From the NCBI GenBank assembly GCA_963766735.1, contig CAVYBU010000006.1, forward strand, positions 32,001 through 96,000: a stretch of DNA of 64,000 bases, in the 5' to 3' direction. Within the stretch, counting starts at the first letter, position 1. Each line of letters opens with the position of its first letter. Source of the stretch: an uncultured Chloroflexia bacterium (GTDB lineage: Bacteria > Chloroflexota > Limnocylindria > Limnocylindrales > CSP1-4). The notes under the pieces were generated by a model. That model was not told the origin of the DNA. It did not search any database and saw only the letters and a list, made by a program, of their open reading frames with translations. The translations under genes were made by a program, and so were the position numbers. This document shows, piece by piece, positions 10,106-21,253 of this stretch.

Positions 10106-13100
10106 CTACGGCGTGAAGTAGCCGGTGACGTCGAACACGACGTGGGCCGTCCTGCCGCTGGTCCGCGCGACATAGGTGATCGAGAGCGTGCCCCCCGAGC
10201 CGAGGGCGACGGTGACCCCGTTGGCCCGGGTGTCCCCTGTCGGGAAGTTGAGGGTCGAGCTGGTGGGGGCGCTGGTGGCGACCGGACCCAGGTACAGGTA
10301 GCCCGCACCGGTCTGCCCGGTCACGGTGAGGGTGCCGGTCACGGCTGTGGCGTTGGCGGGGACCCCGCCCCTGTTGGTCACCTGGACAGTCCGGGCCACC
10401 TTGGTCTTGAACGCGCCGGCGAGGCCGTTGCCGCTCCGGCTGTCGAGCAGCCGGACCGGGGTGAGGGCGTGGTACGTGGCTCCGGTGGCATCGGGCGTGA
10501 AGTAGCCGGTGACGTCGAACACGACGTGGGCCGTCCTGCCGCTGGTCCGCGCGACATAGGTGATCGAGAGTGTGCCCCCCGAGCCGAGGGCGACGGTGAC
10601 CCCGTTGGCCCGGGTGTCCCCTGTCGGGAAGTTGAGGGTCGAGCTGGTGGGGGCGCTGGTGGCGACCGGGCCCAGGTACAGGTAGCCCGCACCGGTCTGC
10701 CCGGTCACGGTGAGGGTGCCGGTCACGGCTGTGGCGTTGGCGGGGACCCCGCCCCTGTTGGTCACCTGGACAGTCCGGGCCACCTTGGTCTTGAACGCGC
10801 CCGGTGAGGCCGTTGCCGCTCCGGCTGTCGAGCAGCCGGACCGGGGTGAGGGCGTGGTAGGTGGCTCCGGTGGCATCGGGCGTGAAGTAGCCGGTGACGT
10901 CGAACACGACGTGGGCCGTCCTGCCGCTGGTCCGCGCGACATAGGTGATCGAGAGCGTGCCCCCCGACCCGAGGGCGACGGTGACCCCGTTGGCCCGGGT
11001 GTCCCCTGTCGGGAAGTTGAGGGTCGAGCTGGTGGGGGCGCTGGTGGCGACCGGGCCCAGGTACAGGTAGCCCGCACCGGTCTGCCCGGTCACGGTGAGG
11101 GTGCCGGTCACGGCTGTGGCGTTGGCGGGGACCCCGCCCCTGTTGGTCACCTGGACAGTCCGGGCCACCTTGGTCTTGAACGCGCCCGGTGAGGCCGTTG
11201 CCGCTCCGGCTGTCGAGCAGCCGGACCGGGGTGAGGGCGTGGTAGGTGGCCCATGCCGTCCGGTCGATCGTGACCGTGCCGGCGGCGACCGCGGCGGCGG
11301 GACCCGGGTTGCCCGCGGCATCGGTGACGCTGGCTGCCTTGAGGGCCAGGATGACCGTGCCCGCGGAGCATGCGGTGACCGGGACGGCGTAGCTGGCGCC
11401 CGCACCTGTCGGCGTGCCGACGACGCAGCCCGTGGCGGTGCCGGTCCGGGTGAAGTCGGCGGCGGCGAGCCCGGTCACGCTCTCGCTGAACGCGAGGGTG
11501 TAGGAGAGGGTTGTCGCCTTGGTCGGGGATGCCGGGGCGGTGAGGGTGGCGGAGGGCGGCGTCCGCTCGATCGTGACCGTGCCGGCGGTGACCGCGGCGG
11601 CGGGACCCGCGTTGCCCGCGGTATCGGTGACGCTGGCTGCCTTGAGGGCCAGGATGACCGTGCCCGCGGAGCATGCGGTGACCGGGACGGCGTAGCTGGC
11701 GCCCACACCTGTCGGCGTGCCGACGACGCAGCCCGTGGCGGTGCCGGTCCGGGTGAAGTCGGCGGCGGCGAGACCGGTCACGCTCTCGCTGAACGCGAGG
11801 GCGTAGGAGAGGGTTGTCGCCTTGGTCGGGGATGCCGGGGCGGTGAGGGTGGCAGTCAGTCCAGCGCCGTTGACCGAGTGGGCCAGGAGGTTCGGGCTTC
11901 CCGTGCCGATCCCGGTCAACACGCCCGGCGTGGCGTCGGCAAGGACGGCCGCGCCGACGGTCGCGGCGCTCCCCGAGGGGTTCAGTCCATACACGACGGC
12001 CGCGATACCTGCCACGTGGGGTGCAGCCATGGACGTGCCGCTCCAGGTCGCGCTGGCGGTGTCTGATGTGATGCCTGCGGAAAGAACACCCACACCGGGC
12101 GCAAACAGGTCCAGACACGACCCGAAGTTGCTGAACCCGGCCCGGCTGTCCGTCTTGTCCGTTGCCCCAACCGTCAATGCCTGGGGAGCGCTCGCGGGCG
12201 AGGTCAAGCACGCGTCCTCGGTGGAGTTCCCAGCCGCCACGACCACAACAACGCCATCGGCAACCGCGTTGGCGATCGCCGCGTTCAGAGCAGAGCTGAA
12301 AGCCCCTCCGATGCTGAGGTTGGCAACTGCCGGTTCGCCGGAAGCGTGGTCTTCGATCATCCAGTTCAGGGCGGCGATCGTCCAGGAGCTCCAGCCCGAA
12401 CCCGCGCAGTCAATCGCTCGGATGGGGACAAGCGTCACCGCCTTGGCGACTCCATAGGTCGCTCCACCGATCGTGCCGGCGACGTGGGTTCCGTGCCCAT
12501 GGCAGTCGTCCGTGTCGGTGGCGTCGATCCGGTCAGGCACGAGGTTCGCCCCGGATCGGACGCGCCCGCGGAACTCGTCATGGGTGGCGCGGATGCCAGA
12601 ATCGATCACGTAGGCGGTGACACCGGCGCCGCCGTTGGGCACGTATTCGTACGTCCCGGAGAGCGGGAGGGTCCGGCTGTCGATCCTGTCGAGCCCCCAC
12701 GGGGGCCCGACCTGACTGTCCGTGGTCGTGAGGATCACGTCGGGCACCACCGACTTGACGTTGGGGTTGTGGAGTAGCGCCGACAGCTGCCCGGCATTCA
12801 GCCAGGCGGCGAACCCGTGCATCGCTGCCCCGTACCTGTGCGTGACCGCCCCAGCCGGAAGGTCGCGTGTCACATCACGAACGTTCGTCCGTGGAGCGAC
12901 TTCAACCAGGTAGGGACAGGCTCCGGCGTCGCCGGCGCCGGACCACGGCGCGGCCGACGGGTCGCACGGCTCGGATGGGGCGGCGGACGGCGAGATGGCA
13001 GCGGGGAGGCCAGGGGCCGCCGGCCACGGGTCCGTGGTGCCGTGGGCACCGGTGGCAACCCGGGCCGAGGTCGCGAATGCCGTCCCGGCGAGACCGCCCG

Positions 13101-13155
13101 AAGCCAGCGCCACGGCAACAGCCAGCGCCGCGATTCGCGGCCGAAGGTGCTTCAT
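10106..13155 (-). CDS. Secreted S8 subtilisin-like protease with I9 prodomain, 2 Ig-like and 3 'PVRLLDSR' surface repeats (two frameshifts)
   Basis: Signal peptide [18 protein letters not shown]; catalytic triad motifs VIDSG, HGHGTH and GTSMA; repeats visible in the DNA. Confidence 0.88.
10110..11250. repeat. Three near-identical tandem ~384-bp coding repeats
   Basis: GCGTGAAGTAGCCGG recurs at 10111, 10495 and 10880 (periods 384 and 385). Confidence 0.95.
11264..11853. repeat. Two near-identical 303-bp coding repeats (Ig-like)
   Basis: TCGATCGTGACCGTGCC at 11264 and 11567; encodes [17 protein letters not shown]...AGTVTI twice. Confidence 0.93.
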
Positions 13156-13546
13156 CGAGCGGCCCACGCCTGTCCACGAGGGCACGGCTTCCCAACTGCG
13201 CTATAGAACGCAAGGGGCGGCGGCAGCCTCCCGTTCGGCAACGGTGAACCTCGTCTTGGCCTGTTGGCGGCGGCCACGAGCCCGTCTGAGCTCGTTCGTG
13301 GCCACCTGCTCATAACACGATAGGGGCTGTGATTGCGATAGCCGTACTTGTGGAAACCCATAAGGCCCATGCGGCCAGTAGCACGGTACAACCGACCCAA
13401 TGATCTACGCATGGCAAGCGTGGTCGATCCACCCCACTTCATGCCCGCGGGGAGGGAGCAGCCGCGGGTGAACGTGGAGCGGATGCACCGCCCAATAGAT
13501 GCTGCCCGCAAGCGCAGGTCACCGGGTGCGCTAGGATACTGACCAC

Positions 13547-13621
13547 GCCGACATAGCTCAGCGGTAGAGCAGCTGTTTCGTAAACAGCAGGTCCTCGGTT
13601 CAAATCCGAGTGTCGGCTCCA
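13547..13621 (+). tRNA. tRNA-Thr(CGT)
   Basis: Cloverleaf with GCCGACA/TGTCGGC acceptor stem, anticodon loop TTCGTAA, GGTTCAAATCC T-arm and encoded CCA. TAGGAT -10 box at 13532. Confidence 0.97.
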
Positions 13622-13634
13622 GCGATCTGAACGT

Positions 13635-13662
13635 GAAACCCGGTCGAGAGACCGGGTTTCTT
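13635..13662 (+). terminator. Terminator hairpin after the tRNA
   Basis: GAAACCCGGTC-GAGA-GACCGGGTTTC followed by TT. Confidence 0.75.
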
Positions 13663-13908
13663 GCTGCCACCCACGCCGCTGCGGCCCCAGAGCTGCGACT
13701 CAAGGCGGCCGGCATCGCGAACTTGCGCCGTCAGCCGATCACGGCGGCGGCTCACCGCTCGATGTCGGCTCCCAGGCAGCTGTTCCCCCTTCACGCGACG
13801 ACGACAACAGCTGCACGACCACACGATCGTGGTTCTTGCCGGCGATGGTCGGAGTGATCGCGCCCCGGGTCCCACCCACCATGACCGACGGGTCAATCCG
13901 GGAGGTCG

Positions 13909-14367
13909 ATGCGGCACTCCCGGCGGTCACGTCCTCGGCTGACAATTCGGCTCGTGTCCGCACTCGCCACCACCCTGGTCGCGCTGTTCATGATCGTCAT
14001 GGGCCTTGGGATGGCCGGGATCTGGACCGTCGACATCGTGCGCAGCCCCGAGGTGGACCGCTCGCGAGGCCTGGTGAAGGCTCGTGACCGCTCCACGCGA
14101 TCACTCCTCGTCCCGCACTGGCTTGCGGAATACAGCACGGCGACACTGCTGCTCATCGGCGGTCTCGGACTCCTGGTGGGGTTCGACGCCGCGTCCTGGG
14201 CCTGGCTCATCGGGGCGGGCCTCGGTGCCCTCGCCTACTCGGCGCTCAACAGCCTCGGCTGGGTTCTGGCAGATCGCGCGCGGTTCGTCTACGCGCTGCC
14301 GATGACCGTCGGCCTCATCGGAGCGATCGTCTCGCTCGGTCTCCTTGCAGGTGGGGCGCTGCCTTGA
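13909..14367 (+). CDS. Hypothetical 4-TM membrane protein
   Basis: Four hydrophobic segments and GC3-rich codons; start uncertain. Confidence 0.65.
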   Translation: MRHSRRSRPRLTIRLVSALATTLVALFMIVMGLGMAGIWTVDIVRSPEVDRSRGLVKARDRSTRSLLVPHWLAEYSTATLLLIGGLGLLVGFDAASWAWLIGAGLGALAYSALNSLGWVLADRARFVYALPMTVGLIGAIVSLGLLAGGALP

Positions 14368-14371
14368 TCGC

Positions 14372-15610
14372 CTACCTGCGGCCCAGCCCGGTCTCGGGCG
14401 CTCCGACGAGGATGACGCGGTTGCCGAATGTGTCCTTGCCGGACTCCATGTCGGCGTGAGCCTGGCCAACCTGGTCGAACGGGTAGACCCGTCCCAGGCA
14501 GGGATCGAGCTTGCCCGCGCGCATCAGGTCGTTGAAGGCAGTCCCCTGGACGTCGTTGCAGCCGTGCGATCCCTGCAGGCGCTTCTGGCGTACCCAGTGA
14601 TAGCGCAGGTCCACCGACGCCGAGTACCCGGACGTCCCCGCGCAGATCACCACCATCCCGCCCGCCTCGCAGACGAAGATGCTGGTGGGAACGGTGGCCT
14701 CGCCCGGATGCTCGAACACGATGTCCGGACTGCGCTTCTCGCCCAGCACGTCCCAGATTGCCTTGCCGAAGGCGCGGCACCCGGCCGTCCACTCCTTCTG
14801 GCCCGCATCGTCGGTCCAGTGCGGCGGGATGCCCCAATGGCTGAAGTTGTTGCGGTTGATGTAGCCGACCGCGCCGAGCTTCTTGCAGTACTCACCGCGC
14901 TCGTCATCGGAGACCACCGCGACCGCCCTGGCGCCGTGCACGGTCGCCAGCTGGATCGCCTGGGAGCCAAGCCCGCCGGAGCCGCCCCACACCAGCACGA
15001 CATCCCCGGCCTTGAGCTCGTTGCCCTTCCACCCGAACAGGCTGCGATAGGCGGTCGTCCCGACCAGGGTGGGGGCGGCGGCCTCTTCCCAGGTCAGGTG
15101 CGTCGCCTTGGGCAGGACCGCGTGGTCCTGCGCAACGCAGAACTGGGCGAACGAGCCGAAGTTGGTGTTGTAGCCCCAGATCGCCGCGGACGGGGCGATC
15201 ATCGGATCCTTGCCGGCCTTGATCCAGGGATCATCCGGGTTCCAGTAGCCGTGGTGGACGATGACCTCGTCGCCGACCGTGACGTTGGCCACCTCGGCGC
15301 CGACCTTGTAGACGATGCCCGACACGTCGCTGCCGCCGATGTGGAAATCGTATGGCTCGCCCATCTTCTGGCGGATGGCGATCACGTCGATCGGGAGGCC
15401 GCGGGCCGCCCACACGTTGTTGAAGTTGACGCCCGCCGCCATCGTGCCGATCAGGACCTCGTGCGGCTTGAGCGGCGGCACGTCGACCTCTTCGACCTGG
15501 AACGCGGTGCGTGGGTCGCCATAGCGGCTCTGCCGGACGACCTGGGCCAGCATCCGCTGCGGGACGTCGCCAACGGGCGGAAGCGATCCAATCGGATAGG
15601 ACTCAGCCAT
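14372..15610 (-). CDS. ccr: Crotonyl-CoA carboxylase/reductase
   Basis: [48 protein letters not shown] and RQKRLQGSH motifs characteristic of Ccr. Confidence 0.92.
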   Translation of the reverse strand: MAESYPIGSLPPVGDVPQRMLAQVVRQSRYGDPRTAFQVEEVDVPPLKPHEVLIGTMAAGVNFNNVWAARGLPIDVIAIRQKMGEPYDFHIGGSDVSGIVYKVGAEVANVTVGDEVIVHHGYWNPDDPWIKAGKDPMIAPSAAIWGYNTNFGSFAQFCVAQDHAVLPKATHLTWEEAAAPTLVGTTAYRSLFGWKGNELKAGDVVLVWGGSGGLGSQAIQLATVHGARAVAVVSDDERGEYCKKLGAVGYINRNNFSHWGIPPHWTDDAGQKEWTAGCRAFGKAIWDVLGEKRSPDIVFEHPGEATVPTSIFVCEAGGMVVICAGTSGYSASVDLRYHWVRQKRLQGSHGCNDVQGTAFNDLMRAGKLDPCLGRVYPFDQVGQAHADMESGKDTFGNRVILVGAPETGLGRR

Positions 15611-15754
15611 TACGCACGCACCTCCTGCCGGGGGTTCAACAACGGCGACGGACGACTCGGACGGCTCCCGCGCGCCGCTCGGACACTCTGCGGCGAGCGC
15701 TCCCAGTCTACTTTGACGCCGGATCGCGGTCACAGGTGCGCCTGCTCCGGGGTC

Positions 15755-16150
15755 TCAGCGTCCCTCCGGCTCCACCGGCAACCCGGCCTCCGACCACGCC
15801 GTGAACCCGCCGACCACGTCAGCGACGCTCGCAAACCCGAGGTCGCGCAGAGTCGCCGCGGCGATGCTTGACGAGTAGCCGTCGGCGCAGATGAGGATCA
15901 CCGGACGCTCGAGATCCGAGAGGGCCGGATCGTCGTAGCCGGAGCTCGGGTCGAGCCGCCAGAACAGGACCGACAGCGGCACATGGGCCGAGCCCGGGAT
16001 CACCCCGGCCTCACGACGGCCCTCCCCACAGCGCGTATCCACGAGGAGCGCGCCGTCCTGCAGGGCGCGGTAGGCGTCCTCCGGCGCGAGGCGCTCGATC
16101 CGCTCCCGCGCGGCCGCGAGCAGGTCGTCGATCGTCCGTCGTGCGCTCAT
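15755..16150 (-). CDS. Single-domain rhodanese-like protein
   Basis: LVDTR, G.IPGS, ICADGYSS active-site loop and GGFTAW...GLP. Confidence 0.87.
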   Translation of the reverse strand: MSARRTIDDLLAAARERIERLAPEDAYRALQDGALLVDTRCGEGRREAGVIPGSAHVPLSVLFWRLDPSSGYDDPALSDLERPVILICADGYSSSIAAATLRDLGFASVADVVGGFTAWSEAGLPVEPEGR

Positions 16151-16356
16151 CGCCGTTCCCCGGGCCGCATCACCATCGCCGCATCCTGACGGCACGAGAC
16201 CACGGTGGCAACTCCCCCTGCGTCTGGGGTGTCAGCCAGCGCGCAATAAGACGGTCGCGGACGCCGTTTCCCGGACGCACCGCCCGGGGACGTACCCGGG
16301 TGACACGCGCTGCCGGCGCCCCTAGGATGGACGCTTCGCACATGGAGGGCGACGCG

Positions 16357-16599
16357 ATGGCCGACACGATCTGGACATGGGCCACACTCGATAGCCACGG
16401 TATCGATGTTGTCGAGGAGGCGGAGCGGACGCTCGGTGCCGACTTCGTCCTGGCGTACACGGCCGGCGAGCCGCGGACGGACCTGCCGGCGCTCCTGCCG
16501 ATGGTTGCGGCAAACCTGGACGAGAGTCAGCTCGAGTGCCTGCGCGGGCTCGAGGCGCAGCTCGGCGTCGTGGCGGTCGCCTACCGGCTGTCCGCCTGA
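16357..16599 (+). CDS. Small hypothetical protein with internal duplication
   Basis: GGAGGG RBS; two similar halves (ATLD...EAERTLG...LAY and ANLD...GLEAQLG..VAY). Confidence 0.7.
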   Translation: MADTIWTWATLDSHGIDVVEEAERTLGADFVLAYTAGEPRTDLPALLPMVAANLDESQLECLRGLEAQLGVVAVAYRLSA

Positions 16600-16646
16600 C
16601 CCGCCCCGACCCCGGGGCCCGTGGGATCGAGAGTCTGGAGGGCGAG

Positions 16647-17790
16647 ATGTTTGGGACATTGAAGCGGCCAACGGCCGTCCTGCTGACGGCAGGTCTGGCG
16701 TTGTCCCTGGGGGGCGGCGCCACGAGGGCCCAGGCCGCCAACCCTTCGCTGGCCTCGGCCTCGTTCACCCCCTACTTCGGGGACCTGCACGCCCACACCG
16801 GCTACTCCGACGGCAAGCGGGGCACGACGCCCGACGACGCCTTCTCGTTCGCGGCGGCGGCCGAGGCGGACTTCATGGCGACGACCGATCACCAGGGCTC
16901 GCTGACGTCCGCGGAGTGGGCGGACACCCTGGCGGCGGCCGAGCGCAACACGACGGACTCGTTCGTCGCGATGGCCGCCTACGAGGCCTGGGTCGTCGGC
17001 GTCGGCGAGATCAACATGTTCAACACTCCGAACTGGCCGAAGGAACCGACCGGGAAGGGGGCCGACAAGGCGAACTCCGGCCACCACGGCAACCGCTGGC
17101 TGAGCCTGCCGATCACCTACGACTGGCTCGCGAACGAGTCGGGCGCGGTCGGCCAGTGGAACCACCCGACGGCCTACGCCGGCGCATCGAGCGAGAACTT
17201 CGTCGCCTTCGGGGATCGGAACGATGACCGCGACCAGGGTATGGGCCTGATCGAGGTCTTCAACGACGTCGTCTACGAATTCGAGCTACGTCCTGGCCCT
17301 CGATGCGGGCTGGCACGTGATGCCGTCGGCGAACTCCGACACCCACGGCGCCGACTGGATCTCCGGTTCCGACGTGCGGACGGTGCTGCTCGCCGACACC
17401 CTGGCGCCTGACGCTCTCTACGCAGCCATGAGCGCCGGCCGGGGCTACGCGACGATCGACAAGAACCTGCGCGTGCGGTTCGACGTCAACGGCGCGGTGA
17501 TGGGGTCCGTCCTGGGCGGCCTGCCCTCGACATTCGAGATCCAGGTCCAGGTGGAGGACCCGGACGCCGTCGATGGGGACCAGGGGGACCTCGTCACGAA
17601 GGTGGAGATCGTCTCCGACGGGGGTGTCGTGGTGGCGACCCATGACGTCTCCGACTCCACGGTGGAGTGGACCACTACCCTCACCTCTGCGACGGCGCAC
17701 TACTTCTACGCGCGCATCTCGACCGCCTCGGGGCCCGACGGAGTGCCGGGACCGACGGCCTGGACCGCACCGGTCTGGACCGGCCGCTGA
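16647..17790 (+). CDS. Secreted PHP-domain (CehA/McbA-like) metallohydrolase, frameshift near 17280
   Basis: Signal peptide; GDLHAHTGYSDG, TTDH, QWNHP and ANSDTH metal motifs; C-terminal AWTAPVW. Confidence 0.82.
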
Positions 17791-17929
17791 TAGATCGGCT
17801 GGGCGCCGCGCCCTCGCCCTGATCGACGAGGCCGCCCGCTCGATTGGTCTCGCCGAGTGGCCGGACCCCCGTCGGATGCTCGCCGGCTGATCGTCCGTCG
17901 GATCCGTGACGGCAGGATAGAGTTCGTCC

Positions 17930-18733
17930 GTGCTACGTGAGGTCGCCGAATACCCGAACTCCTTCGGCCCGCTCGGGCCGCGGGACGAGCGGATCGATAC
18001 AGGCCGCTACACGCTGTGCCTGGGCATGGGCAAGACGTGGAACACGGTCCAGCGGCAGCGGTTTCCGCTCGAGGAGCTGGACCAGGTGCTGACCGAGGTG
18101 CGAGCGGCGCTCCGGGAGCGTGGGCGCACCCGGACGCAGTGGGAGGTCGGCAGCTCGGCGCCCTCAGGACTCGTCGACGCCCTGCTGGAGCGCGGCCTGG
18201 TGCGTGACAAGGACCCCTACGCGGTCGCGCTGGTTCTGACGCGGGAGCCGCCGGCTGCGGGACCGGATCTCGTGGCCCGCCGGGTCGAGACCTTCGACGA
18301 CTACCAGCGCGCGAATGCCGTCCAGTGGGAGGCGTTCGGCATGACGGAGGACGAGATCGCGGAGGCCCGCGAGCTGCTCCCCGAGCGCTTCCGCGAGAGG
18401 GTGAACCTCATGCACGCGGTGTGGCTCGACGGGGAGCTCGTCTGCGCCGGAACCTCGGCCCCGACCGGGCACGGGCTCCTGCTGTACGGTGGCGCCACCA
18501 GCCCCCGTGCCCGCGGCCGGGGCGCCTACCGCGCGCTCGTGCGTGCCCGCTGGGACGAGGCCGTGGCGCGCGGCACGCCGGCCCTGCTCACCCAGGGAGG
18601 CGCGATGTCGCGCCCGATCCTGGAGCGCCTGGGCTTCGAGCCCGTCGGGGAGGTTCACATGCTCGTTGACGACCTCGAGCCCCACGTTCAGGACGGCCCG
18701 CTCACCCACCACATCGAGGAGCCGATGCCATGA
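17930..18733 (+). CDS. GNAT-family N-acetyltransferase
   Basis: GGATSPRARGRGAYRAL and SRPILERLGF acetyl-CoA-binding motifs. Confidence 0.82.
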   Translation: MLREVAEYPNSFGPLGPRDERIDTGRYTLCLGMGKTWNTVQRQRFPLEELDQVLTEVRAALRERGRTRTQWEVGSSAPSGLVDALLERGLVRDKDPYAVALVLTREPPAAGPDLVARRVETFDDYQRANAVQWEAFGMTEDEIAEARELLPERFRERVNLMHAVWLDGELVCAGTSAPTGHGLLLYGGATSPRARGRGAYRALVRARWDEAVARGTPALLTQGGAMSRPILERLGFEPVGEVHMLVDDLEPHVQDGPLTHHIEEPMP

Positions 18734-19968
18734 AGGTCCTCGTCGCCGACCAGTTCGAGCAATCGGGCCTCGCCGGCCTGGCGGACGCCGGGTGCGAGGT
18801 CGTCTTCGATCCGGCCCTCCAGGGCGGGGTGCTCGCAGCGGCGCTCCACGAGACCCGAGCCGAGGTCCTCATCGTCCGATCGACGAAGGTGACCGCGGAC
18901 ATGATGTATGGCGGCGACCTGGCCCTCATCGTCCGGGCGGGAGCGGGCTACAACACGATCGACGTCGCCGCCGCGTCCGCCGCCGGGATCTACGTCTCGA
19001 ACTGCCCGGGCAGGAACTCGGTCGCCGTCGCCGAGCTCGCCTTCGGCCTGATCCTGGCCCTCGACCGCCGCATCCCCGACAACGTTGCCTCGCTCCGCGC
19101 CGGGCGGTGGGACAAGAAGGAGTTCTCGAAGGCGGCCGGCCTCAAGGGCAGGACGCTCGGGCTCCTTGGCTTCGGGGCGATCGCCCAGGAGGTCGCCCGC
19201 CGCGCGCAGGCGTTCGGGATGGACATCGTCGCCTGGAGCCGCCGGTTCGAGGACGGCGCTCCCGTGGACTTTGCTGCCTATGGCCTCGACCCGGCTGCGC
19301 GCGATTCGCGGGTCACCGCCGTCACCTCGCCGGCCGCGGTCGCCGAGGCGGCCGACATCCTGAGCGTCCACCTCGGCCTCGGACCCGCGACCCGCGGCCT
19401 CGTGGGCGCCGACCTCCTCGGCCGGCTCCGCCCCGGTGCCTTCCTCGTCAACACGTCGCGCGCGGAGGTCATCGACCACGAGGCGCTCGCCGTAGCCGTC
19501 CGGGAGCGCGGGATCCGCGTCGGTCTCGATGTCTACCCCGACGAGCCCACGACCGGGACCGCCGCGTACCACCTCGCCCTGCTCGACGAGCCCGGCGTCT
19601 ACGGGACCCACCACATCGGCGCCTCGACCGATCAGGCGCAGGAAGCGATCGCCTCCGAGACCGTCCGGATCGTGCGCGCGTTCGCCGAGACCGGCCGGGT
19701 CCCGAACGTCGTGAACCTGTCCCGGCAGTCGCCCGCGACACACATGCTGGTCGTCCGCCACCGCGACCGCCCGGGCGTCCTCGCGCACATCTTCGAGCAG
19801 CTCCACGACGCCGGCATCAACGTCCAGGAGACGGAGAACGTCGTGTTCGAGGGAGCCGAGGCCGCCGTCGCGCGGATCAACCTCGACCACGCCCCGACGG
19901 CCGACCTCCTCGCTGCGATCTCGGCCGGCAATGAGAACATCCTGAGCGCGCAGCTCGTCGCCCTTTGA
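18730..19968 (+). CDS. serA: D-3-phosphoglycerate dehydrogenase with C-terminal ACT domain
   Basis: RAGAGYNTID, GLLGFGAIA, NTSR, HIGAST and ACT HRDRPGVL; adjacent to serC. Confidence 0.85.
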   Translation: MKVLVADQFEQSGLAGLADAGCEVVFDPALQGGVLAAALHETRAEVLIVRSTKVTADMMYGGDLALIVRAGAGYNTIDVAAASAAGIYVSNCPGRNSVAVAELAFGLILALDRRIPDNVASLRAGRWDKKEFSKAAGLKGRTLGLLGFGAIAQEVARRAQAFGMDIVAWSRRFEDGAPVDFAAYGLDPAARDSRVTAVTSPAAVAEAADILSVHLGLGPATRGLVGADLLGRLRPGAFLVNTSRAEVIDHEALAVAVRERGIRVGLDVYPDEPTTGTAAYHLALLDEPGVYGTHHIGASTDQAQEAIASETVRIVRAFAETGRVPNVVNLSRQSPATHMLVVRHRDRPGVLAHIFEQLHDAGINVQETENVVFEGAEAAVARINLDHAPTADLLAAISAGNENILSAQLVAL

Positions 19969-19990
19969 GCGGCCAAGGAGGCCCCACACC

Positions 19991-21076
19991 GTGACCGAAC
20001 GCATCTACAACTTCTCGTCGGGGCCGGCCGTCCTCCCGCTGCCCGTCCTCGAGCAGGCGCAGCGTGACCTCGTCGCCCTCCCTGGCGTCGGCATGTCCGT
20101 CATGGAGATCAGCCACCGCTCAAAGACGTTCGAGGGGATCCTCGTCAAGGCCGAGGCGGACATGCGCCGGCTGGCCGGGATCCCGGAGGACTACCGGATC
20201 CTGTTCCTCCAGGGTGGTGCAACTCTCCAGTTCTCGATGGTCCCACTCAACCTGCTGACCGAGGGCCGGACCGCCGACTACGTCATGACCGGCACCTGGG
20301 CCGCCAAGGCCGCCAAGGAGGCGCAGCGCGTCGGGAGCGTCCACGAGACCGGGTCGACCGCCTCCACCGGCTTCAACCGGATCCCGACCGATGCGGAGCT
20401 CGAGTTCACGCCCGGCGCGGCGTACGTCCACGTGACCTCGAACAACACGATCGAGGGCACCCAGTGGCACCGGCTGCCGCCGGTCGGCGATGTCCCGCTG
20501 GTCAGCGACGCCTCGTCGGACATCTTCAGCCGCCCGATCGACGTGTCGCGGTATGGCGTGGTCTACGCGGGCGCGCAGAAGAACCTCGGCCCGTCGGGGC
20601 TCACGGTGGTGGTCATCCGGGAGGACCTGCTGGAGCGCTCGACCAAGGCGCTCCACACGATGCTCAACTACGCGGTCCACGCCGAGAACGGCTCCCTCTA
20701 CAACACCCCGCCGGCCTTCGGGATCTACGTCCTCGGCCTGGTCCTCGAGTGGATCCTCGGGCAGGGCGGCCTGCCCGCGATCGCCGCCGTCAACGAGCGG
20801 AAGGCCGGCAAGCTCTACGCCGAGCTCGATCGGACGGGCTTCTGGCGCCCGACGGCGGAGACGGCGAGCCGGAGCCTGATGAACGTGACCTTCCGCCTCG
20901 CGACCGAGGACCTCGAGAAGGCGTTCGTCAAGGAGTCGACGGCGGCGGGCTTCGACGGCCTCAAGGGCCATCGCTCCGTCGGCGGGATGCGGGCATCGAT
21001 CTACAACGCGTTCCCCGAGCAGGGCGTCGACGACCTCGTCGCGTTCATGCGCGAGTTCGAGCGACGAAACGGCTAG
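19991..21076 (+). CDS. serC: Phosphoserine aminotransferase
   Basis: YNFSSGPA, MEISHRS, LQGGA, AGAQKNLGP, YNTPP and GHRSVGGMRASIYNA. Confidence 0.96.
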   Translation: MTERIYNFSSGPAVLPLPVLEQAQRDLVALPGVGMSVMEISHRSKTFEGILVKAEADMRRLAGIPEDYRILFLQGGATLQFSMVPLNLLTEGRTADYVMTGTWAAKAAKEAQRVGSVHETGSTASTGFNRIPTDAELEFTPGAAYVHVTSNNTIEGTQWHRLPPVGDVPLVSDASSDIFSRPIDVSRYGVVYAGAQKNLGPSGLTVVVIREDLLERSTKALHTMLNYAVHAENGSLYNTPPAFGIYVLGLVLEWILGQGGLPAIAAVNERKAGKLYAELDRTGFWRPTAETASRSLMNVTFRLATEDLEKAFVKESTAAGFDGLKGHRSVGGMRASIYNAFPEQGVDDLVAFMREFERRNG

Positions 21077-21253
21077 CGCCCCGGTTCGGCGGGATGCGGT
21101 GAGGCCCGCGAGGGCGAGGGAACAGCCGGTGGCGGCTGCTTCGATGCAGACCCGGTCCGGGCTGCTCCATCGCACGGGTATGATCGCGTCGCGACCGCGC
21201 ACCTCGGTCGCGTCTCGCGGCCCGGCAGTCGCGGCCCGGCACAGGAGCAACGC

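Noticed and set aside
10110-11853. Long tandem repeats as a CRISPR array or mobile element
   Set aside because: The units are 303-384 bp, in-frame protein domains without unique spacers, and no cas genes are present.
13547-13621. tRNA-Thr as the attachment site of an integrated element
   Set aside because: No integrase and no duplicated tRNA 3' end were noticed in the window.
17795-17890. Possible gene 3' remnant (ALALIDEAARSIGLAEWPDPRRMLAG)
   Set aside because: No start codon or recognisable family; it cannot be distinguished from chance.
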